NCBI GenBank assembly: GCA_031402655.1 | Contig: JANNSO010000053.1 | Coordinates: 18,536 to 82,535, forward strand | Reading direction: 5' to 3' | DNA: 64,000 nucleotides | From: Spirochaetota bacterium | GTDB taxonomy: Bacteria > Spirochaetota > Spirochaetia > Treponematales > UBA12059 | In this document: positions 37,964 through 46,955 of the stretch, one piece after another | How the letters are laid out: every line of letters starts with the position of its first letter | How positions within the stretch are numbered: the first letter of the stretch is position 1 | Made by a program: the position numbers and the translations under genes | The notes under the pieces: generated by a model | Told to the model about the DNA's origin: nothing | The model's database searches: none | Seen by the model: only the letters and a program-made list of their open reading frames with translations

Positions 37964-38626
37964 TCACCCCGCCCTCGCCCCGAACAGCACATTGGACAGA
38001 CTCATCGCGCTGGAAACTTCCTTGTCGTCGGCCAATATCAGCAAGGTTGCCGGTTCGGAAACGATGCATTCCACCTGGGCGCGGTCCATGCTTTTTACGA
38101 ACATCACGCCATGGCGCTCGCAGGCGTATTCCAGCAGAAAATCCAGGTCCGAAGCTCCTGCCAAAACTATGCGGTTTGTACCGTTGCGCTTGGTCTTGAG
38201 TACGAACTCCTCGATGCGTTCCTTATATAAATTGGCAGCTCGTGCAGTGCGCTTAAAGTAGCGATACGTTCGGTGCGCAATCTCGTTTACGCCTTCCGGA
38301 GTCAACGCATACTGGATGTTCCGCGTATTCAAGCGCTTAAGCAGGATCCAGCCCTTTTCGGAAAACCTTTTCACGAGCGCGTTGGTCATCCCCAGGGATA
38401 AACCCGATGCCTCCGCAAGATCCCGCTGGGTCAGCGAATTGTCGAATTTTTGCGACGAGTATATGTTTTCGAGGATCGATAGTTCCGCGTCCTCGTTTGT
38501 AACTGCTAGTTCCATTGTTTTTCTCGAAGATTCGAAGCGATGTTTTGATTTTTGGCAATAGTTTGCCGAACCTGCAGGGAGCTGCAAGTTTTTATAAAAG
38601 AGACCAATGTCATCCCGCAAAACCAT
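37964..38626 (-). CDS. MarR-family EPS-associated transcriptional regulator with extra C-terminal domain
   Basis: LTQRDLAEASGLSLGMTNALVKRFSEKGWILLKRLNTRNIQYALTPEGVNEIAHRTYRYFKRT matches my recollection of the EPS-associated MarR signature. A ~90-aa C-terminal extension follows (NRIVLAGASDLDFLLEYA..LLILADD). An alternative ATG at 38515 is possible. Confidence 0.6.
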   Translation of the reverse strand: MVLRDDIGLFYKNLQLPAGSANYCQKSKHRFESSRKTMELAVTNEDAELSILENIYSSQKFDNSLTQRDLAEASGLSLGMTNALVKRFSEKGWILLKRLNTRNIQYALTPEGVNEIAHRTYRYFKRTARAANLYKERIEEFVLKTKRNGTNRIVLAGASDLDFLLEYACERHGVMFVKSMDRAQVECIVSEPATLLILADDKEVSSAMSLSNVLFGARAG

Positions 38627-38888
38627 GACGCGGCCGAAACACGCTGCCCGATTTATACTGGAATCACTGATGCAAACACACTAATTTCACAAAGTTTGTT
38701 CACCCTGTGAACAAGATTATCACGACTTAGAAGCTTTTTCAATACAAAAAGTTAAAATTTACGGTAATGCTACTTTTAAGGCTGCCTTGACTGCGACAGA
38801 ATCGGTATTTACCGCTAGAATGGCATTTGGATAGAGCGCCTTTAGGCCAGTTATGAATTCATCCCCCCATGAGGGAGCTAATACTTTG

Positions 38889-39033
38889 ACACCTTTAACA
38901 GGGTGTTGAAAATCCTCGGATGAGGTTTTTCAACACTTCCAAAATGTAACATTACCGTAGCATTTGTAATCAAATGCGAGGAATGTTGAAGGCTGTTGAC
39001 AAAGCAACAAGCTTTTTCAACAGCCTGTTAAAG
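38889..39033. repeat. MITE-like double-hairpin element, copy A
   Basis: About 142 bp and ~90% identical to copy B. Terminal inverted repeats CTTTAACAGG(G/C)TGTTGAAAA match at 19/20. Internal hairpins are GTGTTGAAAATCCTC-GGAT-GAGGtTTTTCAACAC and GGCTGTTGAcAAAGC-AACA-AGCTTTTTCAACAGCC. Confidence 0.7.
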
Positions 39034-39158
39034 TCTAAAATTATCGATTCCGAGCCAGGTAGAGCGGCGAACAAATATGACTTGGCAGCCATAACTGCCT
39101 CTCTTCCTGCCGGACGAGAAATAAGAATGTCCCCAAAATTTATCATTGCTAGGTTCAT
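38970..39158 (-). pseudogene. Truncated small ORF (possible STAS-like/DUF4325 N-terminal fragment) terminated inside MITE copy A
   Basis: MNLAMINFGDILISRPAGREAVMAAKSYLFAALPGSESIILDF, then the element-encoded tail NRLLKKLVALSTAFNIPRI*. The family guess is weak. Confidence 0.3.
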
Positions 39159-39313
39159 AGATTCATCCTTTGTTCCGGTGCTCGCCCGGAAATAACTTTG
39201 GTAAAAGCTGTTTCAACGGCTTCTTCATCGGAAGATAACAATAATAATTGAACTCGTGCGCGGGAACGACGCTTTTCTTTTTATCCTTTTGCAGGATATG
39301 TTTTTCTAAAAAA

Positions 39314-39455
39314 ACACCTTTATCAGGGTGTTGAAAATCCTCGGATGAGGATTTTCAACACTTCCAAAATGTGACATTACCGCAGGATTTGTAATCAAAT
39401 GCGAGGAATGTTTAAGGTTGTTGGAAAAGCCACAAGCTTTTTCAACAACCTGTTA
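39314..39455. repeat. MITE-like double-hairpin element, copy B
   Basis: Perfect 15-bp hairpin GTGTTGAAAATCCTC-GGAT-GAGGATTTTCAACAC and a 16-bp hairpin AGGTTGTTGgAAAAGC..AGCTTTTTCAACAACCT. TIR-like ends TA(T/A)CAGG(G/T)TGTTGAAAA. Confidence 0.7.
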
Positions 39456-39934
39456 TTGAAGCGATACATCATCCTATTTAATGGGTATTCGCCAGCCAGG
39501 CGCAGTTTCAGATTTGCGTATTCGGTTGCAAGCGCGGTATCGGCGGCCAAGGCTTCGCGGATAGCCAAATGATTGCTTTGGTAGTTACTACCATCCAGCA
39601 CTAGATGAATGTGATGCGTGGTAAGGCATGTTCTGATTCCGCGAACAATAAATAAGCGACCAGGACGCCCGCATTCGCCAAGACATGTATAACCGTGCTC
39701 GGTCAGTGCACTGGAAACACGGAAGTACTGGTCTACATCGCAAACCGTCACCATTATATCAATGATAGGTTTAGCCGCCAATCCAGGTATTGCGGTGCTG
39801 CCTATGTGTTCAAAGCTTGCGTTGGAAACTCCGATACAGTCCTGTAAGCGGTACTTTTCCTGGGAGTACTCAAGCAGAAAATCCACTGACCATGGAATAA
39901 CAGCCACGAGCGCATTACAAAGCCCCAAAGCCAT
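39395..39934 (-). CDS. GrpB-family (UPF0157) nucleotidyltransferase-fold protein; the 3' end is supplied by MITE copy B
   Basis: FEHIGSTAIPGLAAKPIIDIMV and HHIHLV motifs. The last ~20 codons (..RLLKKLVAFPTTLNIPRI*) lie inside the repeat element. Confidence 0.7.
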   Translation of the reverse strand: MALGLCNALVAVIPWSVDFLLEYSQEKYRLQDCIGVSNASFEHIGSTAIPGLAAKPIIDIMVTVCDVDQYFRVSSALTEHGYTCLGECGRPGRLFIVRGIRTCLTTHHIHLVLDGSNYQSNHLAIREALAADTALATEYANLKLRLAGEYPLNRMMYRFNNRLLKKLVAFPTTLNIPRI

Positions 39935-40138
39935 ATTAATACCCTTTCCATATCGTCTTTTCTAACTTGCATGACGATATGGCTCCCTCCACCGCGATTT
40001 CGAAAAATCATTGCTTTATCGAATCCTTAATAATAGTCCACAAAACAGTTTCGTCATAGCCATGCATTGCATAAACCATCCTGGCTAACAGTATGCATAA
40101 ACAAAATTTTCACAACTTAGAAGTTTTTAAATACTAAA

Positions 40139-42004
40139 CTATTCCCCTAAGATCCTCAGCGCCAAATCAACCCGCCCGAACGGCGCGGACAATTGCACAC
40201 CTTGAACTTTATCAATCATCGTCGAATACATCTCGCGCGCAATGGTTACTCCTGTTTTTTGCGCCTCCTGCGGCGTTTGCGCTTCCGCCATCCTAGTCAT
40301 GATGGAATCCGGAATCTGTATGCCCGGAACCTCGTTGTGCATGAAGCGCGCGTTTTTAAGGCTTGTAAGCGGCCAGATACCCATAATTATGGGCACCAAG
40401 AGGCCGTGCTTCGCAAGGTATTCCAGGAAGCTTTCCATCAAGCACACGTCGAATATCGGCTGCGTAATGGCCCACTCGGCGCCGGCATCGAGTTTTTTCC
40501 TGAACCGGTCCATCTCAAACTCGAAATCCCTCGGAGCGGGGTTTACGCCTACGCCGATGGACAGGGCGGTAGGCTCCCCTATCGGCTTGCTGCCGATGTC
40601 GATGCCGCCGTTTAGGCGCTGCGCCATTCGGGTAAGTCCTATGGAGTCGACGTCGAACACGCCGGTGGCGTCGGGATAGTCCCCGAGCTTGGGCGGGTCA
40701 CCGGTGATAAATAAAATATTACGCAAGCCTATCGCGTGGGCGCCCAGCATGTCCGACTGCATGCCTATCAGGTTGCGGTCACGGCAGGTGTAATGCAGGA
40801 TCGTCTCGATTCCCACCTGCTGTTCCACCAGGATGGCGGTAACCACGGTGCTCATCTTGGAACTGGCGCGCGGTCCGTCGGGAATGTTGATGGCGTCGAT
40901 TCCGGCGTTTTTCAAAAGCCGCGCGTTGTCCAGCAGCTTGGCGGCGGTTATGCCAGAAGGCGGCACGAGTTCCACGGCCACGACTTTTATGCCCGCCGCG
41001 ATTTTTTTGGTCCAGCCCGATTTTGCCTCGAACGGAATCCGGGGAATAGCCGCCGGTACTTCCGTGGCCGCGACAACCCGATCTTCCGGCATCGGCACGA
41101 TAGTCCCCACCGCAGCCCGGCTCATGGCCTTATGCTGCCGAAGTATCTGTGCCATCGCTCTTATGTGAGCGGAGCCGGTGCCGCAGCAACCGCCCACGAA
41201 TTGCACGCCTTCCTGCAAAAAATACTTGGTGTGCTCCGCAAAATACTCGGGCGTGGACATATACAATAAACGGCCGTCTACCGCCTTGGGCAGGCCGGCA
41301 TTCGGCTGAACGATGAGCGGCAAGGTCGTAATCGCTTTTAGTTTTTTTACCGCGGAAACCATGAGCTGCGGCCCCACCGAGCAATTCAGGCCGATAATGT
41401 CGCTGCCCCAGGCGATTATCTTTTGTACGGCCGTTTCGAAGCCCGGCTCGGAATCCATCTCGCCGGCAAGGTTGATGGTCAGGCAGGTACAGATGGGCAT
41501 TGCGGGGTCCAGCGATTTTATCGCCTTTATGGCATGTTCAAGGCCGTGTATCTCCCTGAAGGTCTCGAGGATGATTAGATCCACGCCGCCATCTATCAGG
41601 CCGCCTACCTGCTCGCGGTAGGCGTCGTAGGCATCCTGCGCCATTACCGGGCTCCACGGCTCCATGCGCACGCCCAGCGGCCCTACCGAACCGGCTACGT
41701 ACAGCTCGTCGCCCGCCGCCTCCCCGGCGATGCGCGCAGCCTCCAGGTTAATGGCGCGCACCTGTTCCTGCAAGTTATGTTCTTTTAACTTATACCGGTT
41801 AGCCCCCCAGCTGTTCGTGGTAAGCACGTTGGCACCGGCCTTGCGATACTCGTTGTGCAGTTCAAGCACCATGCCGCGGCTGGTAAGGTTCGCTTCCTCG
41901 AAGCAGCGGTTTATGAATATGCCCCTGTTATAGAGTTCCGTACCTATCGCCCCGTCGAAGAGAAGCGGTATGCGTCCGGTCAGTATTTCCTTAAATGCCG
42001 TCAT
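40139..42004 (-). CDS. Bifunctional homocysteine S-methyltransferase / 5,10-methylenetetrahydrofolate reductase (YitJ-like)
   Basis: N-terminal Hcy-binding domain (LLFDGAIGTELYNRGI..GGCCGT) and a C-terminal MetF TIM barrel (..AVELVPP..LHYTCRDRN..ITGDPP..). 621 aa. Confidence 0.85.
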   Translation of the reverse strand: MTAFKEILTGRIPLLFDGAIGTELYNRGIFINRCFEEANLTSRGMVLELHNEYRKAGANVLTTNSWGANRYKLKEHNLQEQVRAINLEAARIAGEAAGDELYVAGSVGPLGVRMEPWSPVMAQDAYDAYREQVGGLIDGGVDLIILETFREIHGLEHAIKAIKSLDPAMPICTCLTINLAGEMDSEPGFETAVQKIIAWGSDIIGLNCSVGPQLMVSAVKKLKAITTLPLIVQPNAGLPKAVDGRLLYMSTPEYFAEHTKYFLQEGVQFVGGCCGTGSAHIRAMAQILRQHKAMSRAAVGTIVPMPEDRVVAATEVPAAIPRIPFEAKSGWTKKIAAGIKVVAVELVPPSGITAAKLLDNARLLKNAGIDAINIPDGPRASSKMSTVVTAILVEQQVGIETILHYTCRDRNLIGMQSDMLGAHAIGLRNILFITGDPPKLGDYPDATGVFDVDSIGLTRMAQRLNGGIDIGSKPIGEPTALSIGVGVNPAPRDFEFEMDRFRKKLDAGAEWAITQPIFDVCLMESFLEYLAKHGLLVPIIMGIWPLTSLKNARFMHNEVPGIQIPDSIMTRMAEAQTPQEAQKTGVTIAREMYSTMIDKVQGVQLSAPFGRVDLALRILGE

Positions 42005-42046
42005 TGTTTCGTTAATCCTGCCTTGCCCGAAATATTTAAGCCCGGA

Positions 42047-42253
42047 CTACGCCAAGGTGGCGCCGCCCTCGAGCGCCAAATCTATGTCGAAGTTGCTGTT
42101 TACAGGATCATCCCTCGCCACGGAACTGAATAGAATTACTGCGCGCACGTTTGAATCATTTTCCTTGATGCCGTTGGCAATCCTAGCGGCTTTATGGCAG
42201 GCCTGCTTCAGTCTTGTCTCTTTCGATCTTCGTTCGGCATGGTTCCACTTCAA
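42047..42253 (-). CDS. Minimal nucleotidyltransferase (MNT-like) fragment, possibly degenerate
   Basis: VRAVILFSSVARDDPVNSNFDIDLALEGG is a variant of the GS..DxD NTase core. Only 68 codons, a TTG start, no ATG, and only 8 residues after DIDLAL. Confidence 0.4.
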   Translation of the reverse strand: MKWNHAERRSKETRLKQACHKAARIANGIKENDSNVRAVILFSSVARDDPVNSNFDIDLALEGGATLA

Positions 42254-42492
42254 GACTGCCTCCGCAAAAGGACTTGGGTCAGACGTCCTGACAGTTCCAG
42301 CAGGGCTTTTGCTATTGTCTCTAGTTTTTCCCTGAAGCTCGCATGCATGTTTTGGAAGGACTCAAAAAATAGAGATGCAATAGCTTGTATGCGGCCCCAG
42401 GCACGGATATTTTGCTCGCGAAGCCTGGCTATTTCAGTAGCATCACCATCCAATTCCGCAAGCAGGGTGAGAAATGATTCGTACTTTCTCAT
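42250..42492 (-). CDS. Hypothetical helical protein coupled to the NTase fragment
   Basis: ATG at 42492 is preceded by GGGAGGTG. The stop overlaps the next ORF's TTG (TTGA). No recognised motif, and no Rx4-6H HEPN motif. Confidence 0.35.
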   Translation of the reverse strand: MRKYESFLTLLAELDGDATEIARLREQNIRAWGRIQAIASLFFESFQNMHASFREKLETIAKALLELSGRLTQVLLRRQS

Positions 42493-42586
42493 GTTCTTCA
42501 CCTCCCGGTTAGCAAGTAATCAGATAGTCAAGATTATCATGCTGGGGAAGGTTTATCAATGCGATTAAAAGTAACGGCTTTCCGGT

Positions 42587-43000
42587 TTATTTTGTAAGCT
42601 TTAGCAGTGCTTTCGCAAAATCCCTGAAATCATCAAGCCGTGTCGTTATTATCGCGAATACGATATTCCAGTCAATGGACTCATACTCGTGAACAGCGAT
42701 ATTTCTGAAACCGGCTGCTTTTGCCAATCGATCCCCCAAGGAAGCTTCCAGTATGCCCAACTCACCAAGAGCCTTGAATACTCCTGCCATTGACTCGGGA
42801 CTCGGTACATTATAATCGAGCAACACATGGCTTCCCGCATCCACGGACAATTGAACAGCCCGCTCCAGATTAATCGCTATAATATCTTGCGCATCAAGAT
42901 CTTTCGCGAGAGCATCTGCCGATAAGGGTCGTCGGCCTTCGATTCGGCGGATGCTGCGGGCCAGCGATTCCAGTTTGGCGCGTATTATATCAGGATCCAT
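42587..43000 (-). CDS. hepT: HEPN-domain (DUF86) toxin HepT
   Basis: FRNIAVHEY (Rx4H HEPN motif), ~137 aa, 11-nt overlap with the upstream MntA gene. Confidence 0.85.
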   Translation of the reverse strand: MDPDIIRAKLESLARSIRRIEGRRPLSADALAKDLDAQDIIAINLERAVQLSVDAGSHVLLDYNVPSPESMAGVFKALGELGILEASLGDRLAKAAGFRNIAVHEYESIDWNIVFAIITTRLDDFRDFAKALLKLTK

Positions 43001-43403
43001 TGATAAACCTTTCTATACGGGCCTTCCGCATCATATCCTGCAAAGGCTTGAAGTCCTCGAAATATCCAAGCGCTTTTCCTTGAAATTTTACATAAAGAGT
43101 GGCATCGGTCTTGATTCGTTTACCCTCCGTCATAATACGGTACAGTATCAACCCCTCGACACGATGCAGATCGAGCAAATCGATTTCTCTACCGAGCAAT
43201 AGCGAAATCTCAGAGGACGCGGAAAAAAGAAGGTCCCTGTCAAGCGCTTCGCGCCCTGACACCGCAATATCGATATCGCTCGAGTTTCGTAAATTACCCT
43301 TGGCGGCTGACCCATAAAGCACGGCAAGCTTGATTTCCGGTTTATTTTTAAAATATTCGGAAAGTTTTTCAAACACTGCCACACGATCAAGAATAGCGTG
43401 CAT
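42990..43403 (-). CDS. mntA: MntA-type nucleotidyltransferase antitoxin
   Basis: LAVLYGSAAKGNLRNSSDIDIAV (GS-x-DxD NTase motif), immediately upstream of HepT. Confidence 0.85.
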   Translation of the reverse strand: MHAILDRVAVFEKLSEYFKNKPEIKLAVLYGSAAKGNLRNSSDIDIAVSGREALDRDLLFSASSEISLLLGREIDLLDLHRVEGLILYRIMTEGKRIKTDATLYVKFQGKALGYFEDFKPLQDMMRKARIERFINGS

Positions 43404-43487
43404 TCTAACCTACTTTTCCAGTTGTTCTTCAGTCTTATGTTAAACCGGTGTACCGTTTAATTCAAGTTGCGGGTAACATCCAAGGTT

Positions 43488-43515
43488 AAAAAAAACGGAT
43501 ACCTTCCGGTATCCG
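43488..43515 (-). terminator. Rho-independent terminator after jag
   Basis: Minus-strand CGGAUACC-GGAA-GGUAUCCG followed by an 8-U tract. It begins 7 nt after the jag stop at 43522. Confidence 0.8.
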
Positions 43516-43521
43516 CCTCTT

Positions 43522-44199
43522 TTACTTCCTGCCCCGGAACATTACCCGGACTTGCTTGTACAGGCCTTCGCCCTCGCTCTTGGTTTCGATATCCACGATA
43601 TCGTTGAGCGTGGTGTGCACGATTCGGCGCTCGAAGGGGTTCATCGCCTCGAGCAGCACGGAGTTGCGGGTCTGGCGCACGTTTTCCGCTATTTCGTAGG
43701 CCATTTTTACTATGGCTTCCTCCCGCCGTATGCGGTAGTTTTCCGAATCCAGGATAATGCGCATGTCCACGCGACCTATCTGGCTCGAGTAGACGTTTAC
43801 GAGCAGCTGCAGGGCGTCGAGGTTTTTGCCTTTTTTTCCTATTAAAATAGCGGCGCTATCGCTTTCAAGGCGTATGCCCAGCTTCTGCTCCTCGCGGAAC
43901 AGAACCGTTGCCTTGCATGAGTAGCCCATGTGTTCCACGAGCCCGCGGGTAAACTCGAGGATTTTTTCCTCGAAATCTCCGGTGGGTTCGGTGCGCGCGG
44001 CCGTCCGCTTGGGAGCCCTGGGTTTTTCCGCCTGTTTTTCGCGGGTGTATACCTTGATGCGGGTTTTTCCCTTTTTAAGGAAACCGCCGCGCTGGGACTC
44101 GATAATCTCAACGTCGAATTCATCGCGGGCAATTCCAAGCCCGGCTGCAGCCGCTTCGATGGCTTCCTCTTCGGTCCTGCCTTCAAACTCATATTCCAT
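43522..44199 (-). CDS. jag: Jag/KhpB RNA-binding protein (Jag_N, KH, R3H)
   Basis: The R3H motif NPFERRIVHTTLND and position downstream of yidC. AGGAG lies before the ATG at 44199. Confidence 0.9.
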   Translation of the reverse strand: MEYEFEGRTEEEAIEAAAAGLGIARDEFDVEIIESQRGGFLKKGKTRIKVYTREKQAEKPRAPKRTAARTEPTGDFEEKILEFTRGLVEHMGYSCKATVLFREEQKLGIRLESDSAAILIGKKGKNLDALQLLVNVYSSQIGRVDMRIILDSENYRIRREEAIVKMAYEIAENVRQTRNSVLLEAMNPFERRIVHTTLNDIVDIETKSEGEGLYKQVRVMFRGRK

Positions 44200-44234
44200 A
44201 TATATCTCCTGAACTCAGATTTACCGTTAAGCCC

Positions 44235-46094
44235 CTATTTGCGGCCTTTTTTAATGCTCTTGGGGTTTTTAATCGCAATTACCTTTTCGTGGGCGGTACT
44301 GGCCGCTATCACTTCGGCGCGATGCTTATGCATAACCCTGTTGATTATAACCTGCTGCACCGTGGTAAGCACGTTGGACGCGATCCAGTATACGAGCAGT
44401 CCCGAGGGCATGTCGTAGAGCACGAAGAAAAACACGATAGGCATGCCGTACATCATAATCTTCATCTGAGTCTGGCTTTGGCCGCCCGTGTTGGGCTGCT
44501 GCATGAATTTACCGTACAGCAGCTGGCTTGCCAGATAGACAACCGGCAGTATGCGTATGGCGCTTACCTGCCATACCAGCAGGTTGACCGTGGCAAAATC
44601 GAACACCGATTCAGGCAGCGACAGATCGTTGATCCAGCCTGGAATAAACGAAGCGCCGCGAAGGTCGAAGTGATTGTTGAACAAGGCGTACATGGCTATG
44701 AAAATAGGAAACTGCAAAAGCACGGGCATACAGCCCGAAAGCGGATTGTAGCCCTCGCGCTTATAGAATTCCGCCATTTCCTGATTGAGTTTCTGCGGAT
44801 TTCCCTTGTACTTGTCCTGCAGTTCCTTCATTTTCGGTTGGAGTTCCTGCATGCGGGCTTGCGACTTGCTGCCTTTAAAGGTAAGGGGAAACATGACTGC
44901 GCGAACCAGAATCGTCAGCAGGATAATAGCTACGCCATAATTGTGCACGATATTATTGAAAAAATTCATGCCCCACTTAAGCAGGGTTTCGAGCCAGCCA
45001 AGAATCGGCGTGCCTTCCATGACGGATTCGAGGTTGTCGCCGGAGCGCTTAAACCCGTTTTTTTCGGCATTGTTGTATTTAGCAAGTTCTTTATTGCTTT
45101 TTGGCCCCGCATAAAAATAGAACACGTCGGTTTGTCCGCTGGCCTTGAGTGCCGGCCGCGAAAATGACATGGAAGCCTTGCCCGGCTTGCCGTCGACCAT
45201 GGTATTGGTATAGGTGGCCGTATATTGCGTGGCATCGGGAATCGCCACGAGAGCGAAATACTTGCCGGCAATGGCCGCCCAGGTTATGCGGGCATCGGAA
45301 GTAATGGTGCCGTTTTTGGTTTTTGCTTCCTTGCGCTTATTGTTCTCGTAAGTAAGGGTCTTTCGCATTTCCGAGTTTTTAGGCAGGGTGCGGTAATCCG
45401 GCCCTATCTGGGGACCGATGGAAAGAGTATAGGCAAAACTGCCGTCGCCAAGCACGGGTGCTGCCGTTATCGAGTTTTCAATGGTAATTGAAAGCTTGAA
45501 CATATAGTCGCCGTCTTTAAACTCATAGCGCTTTTTAAGCGTAAACGGAACAAGCTCGCCATTAGCCCCGCGACCGGGAAAAACTCGGGTAAACTCTATG
45601 GCGTTGGGACCGGGCCTGCTTACGTTCATAAGCTCCATAATCATGGGGGCGGAGGTTCCGCCAAAAGCCAGCGACATGGTACCCGGTTTTTCGGCATCCG
45701 GGATGAGCATTTCGACAAGGCCTTCCTTGTCGTTTTTGTCCGCATGCTTCCTGAGTTTAAGCGATACCAGTTCTCCGCCGCGATTGGTAAAAAGGGCGGT
45801 AACCAGGTCGGTGCTCAGGGTATAGGTCTCCGCGCGCTCGGGCGCGTTGATGACCAGCGCCTGCAGTGCGGCCGTGTTGTCCGGCAACACCGCCGAAAAA
45901 GCGGGCGCGGCGACGCTTGGGCTGCCTGCCTGCGCGGCGGGTGCGGGCGGCTCTATCGGCAAGGGCTTTGCAGGAAAAAAAACATACTGCAAAGTCATGA
46001 AGACGGTAATTACGACTACGGATAGGACAACGGCGAGCATCGTCCTCTTGTCGAAAGTCTTGTTGTTTTCTGTGGGGTCAAAATTGTTGCTCAT
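44235..46094 (-). CDS. yidC: Membrane protein insertase YidC (long, diderm type)
   Basis: Large periplasmic domain and a conserved C-terminal core (..[56 protein letters not shown]..). Confidence 0.95.
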   Translation of the reverse strand: MSNNFDPTENNKTFDKRTMLAVVLSVVVITVFMTLQYVFFPAKPLPIEPPAPAAQAGSPSVAAPAFSAVLPDNTAALQALVINAPERAETYTLSTDLVTALFTNRGGELVSLKLRKHADKNDKEGLVEMLIPDAEKPGTMSLAFGGTSAPMIMELMNVSRPGPNAIEFTRVFPGRGANGELVPFTLKKRYEFKDGDYMFKLSITIENSITAAPVLGDGSFAYTLSIGPQIGPDYRTLPKNSEMRKTLTYENNKRKEAKTKNGTITSDARITWAAIAGKYFALVAIPDATQYTATYTNTMVDGKPGKASMSFSRPALKASGQTDVFYFYAGPKSNKELAKYNNAEKNGFKRSGDNLESVMEGTPILGWLETLLKWGMNFFNNIVHNYGVAIILLTILVRAVMFPLTFKGSKSQARMQELQPKMKELQDKYKGNPQKLNQEMAEFYKREGYNPLSGCMPVLLQFPIFIAMYALFNNHFDLRGASFIPGWINDLSLPESVFDFATVNLLVWQVSAIRILPVVYLASQLLYGKFMQQPNTGGQSQTQMKIMMYGMPIVFFFVLYDMPSGLLVYWIASNVLTTVQQVIINRVMHKHRAEVIAASTAHEKVIAIKNPKSIKKGRK

Positions 46095-46312
46095 GGTACT
46101 GGGTCAAAGCCTCCCGAGTGATAAGGATTGCATTTCAGCACCCTTTTGGCGGCAAGGATGGTGCCTCGCACGGGACCATGACGATCCAGTGCCTCGAGTG
46201 CGTATGCGGAACAGGTTGGGTAGAAGCGGCAAGACGGCGGCAGTAAAGGCGAAATCAGCCGCCGGTAAATGAGGATAGGAAACTTGAGCAGCGCAACGAA
46301 TATTTTCAGCAT
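46091..46312 (-). CDS. yidD: Membrane protein insertion efficiency factor YidD
   Basis: [35 protein letters not shown] overlap with yidC. Confidence 0.9.
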   Translation of the reverse strand: MLKIFVALLKFPILIYRRLISPLLPPSCRFYPTCSAYALEALDRHGPVRGTILAAKRVLKCNPYHSGGFDPVP

Positions 46313-46316
46313 TGGA

Positions 46317-46682
46317 TTAACGTGTCAAACCAGAGCGTTTTACGAGCTGTTCCATCTGGGCTTGCCGCGCCTTCATGCAATCTTCTCCCGGGTAAATAAA
46401 CACGATTACATCGTGTCCGGGACTAAGATTCGCCTTGAGCAGGCGCCAGCATTCGGAAACGACGCGACGTGCCCTGTTGCGCGCGATCGCGTTGCCGTAC
46501 TTGCGCATCGTAATAAAAACGGCGCGGTTTTCCGCGCCGCCTGTCGGCAGGACATGGAGACGCATACCCGGCATGGACCAGCGCTTGCCGGCCTCGAAAA
46601 CCTTGGTTATTTCGTGTCGCGCACGGATACGCTCGCGTTTTCTGAAAAACTGGCGCGCGTCATGCCGTTCGTCGCACAACAC
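46317..46682 (-). CDS. rnpA: Ribonuclease P protein component
   Basis: [49 protein letters not shown]. There is no upstream in-frame ATG. GTG at 46682 or TTG at 46679, 5 nt after the rpmH stop, is the inferred start. Confidence 0.8.
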   Translation of the reverse strand: MLCDERHDARQFFRKRERIRARHEITKVFEAGKRWSMPGMRLHVLPTGGAENRAVFITMRKYGNAIARNRARRVVSECWRLLKANLSPGHDVIVFIYPGEDCMKARQAQMEQLVKRSGLTR

Positions 46683-46687
46683 GGAGC

Positions 46688-46843
46688 TTAATACTTCTTC
46701 TGTTCGTCTGAAGTACTGAGCTTGATGCGTCCCTTGGCTCGGCGGCGTTTCAGTATCGCCCTGCCGCCGCGGGTTGCCATTCGCGCGCGAAAGCCGAATT
46801 TGCGTACGCGGCGTGTTCTGCTGGGCTGGTATGTTCTCTTCAT
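46688..46843 (-). CDS. rpmH: 50S ribosomal protein L34
   Basis: Hand translation gives [57 protein letters not shown] lies before the ATG at 46843. It is missing from the ORF track, apparently because the track lists nothing shorter than 60 aa. Confidence 0.9.
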   Translation of the reverse strand: MKRTYQPSRTRRVRKFGFRARMATRGGRAILKRRRAKGRIKLSTSDEQKKY

Positions 46844-46955
46844 TATAGCTTCTCCTCAATATGTAGACCGGGTATACAATTACCCGATAGTATGCCAAAG
46901 TAGTGCTTGAGAGCCGATAACCAAAGGGTTATCAGAGCTTCCCAATAGGGGACGC

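Noticed and set aside
38889-39455. Possible CRISPR array, given a repeated palindromic sequence with a unique spacer between copies
   Set aside because: There are only two copies. The repeat is 142 bp, far longer than CRISPR repeats, with a 280-bp interval that contains an ORF fragment. No cas genes are present.
42005-42586. SAM (S-box) riboswitch upstream of the YitJ-like gene, as is known for Bacillus yitJ
   Set aside because: Only 42 nt separate the gene from the upstream ORF, and the 85-nt gap at 42502-42586 is too short. It also lacks the conserved S-box helices as far as I can see.
46317-46898. Single 193-aa ORF covering rnpA and rpmH
   Set aside because: The N-terminal 72 codons are an out-of-frame read-through of the rpmH region. 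The real genes are rpmH (46688-46843, different frame) and rnpA starting at about 46682.
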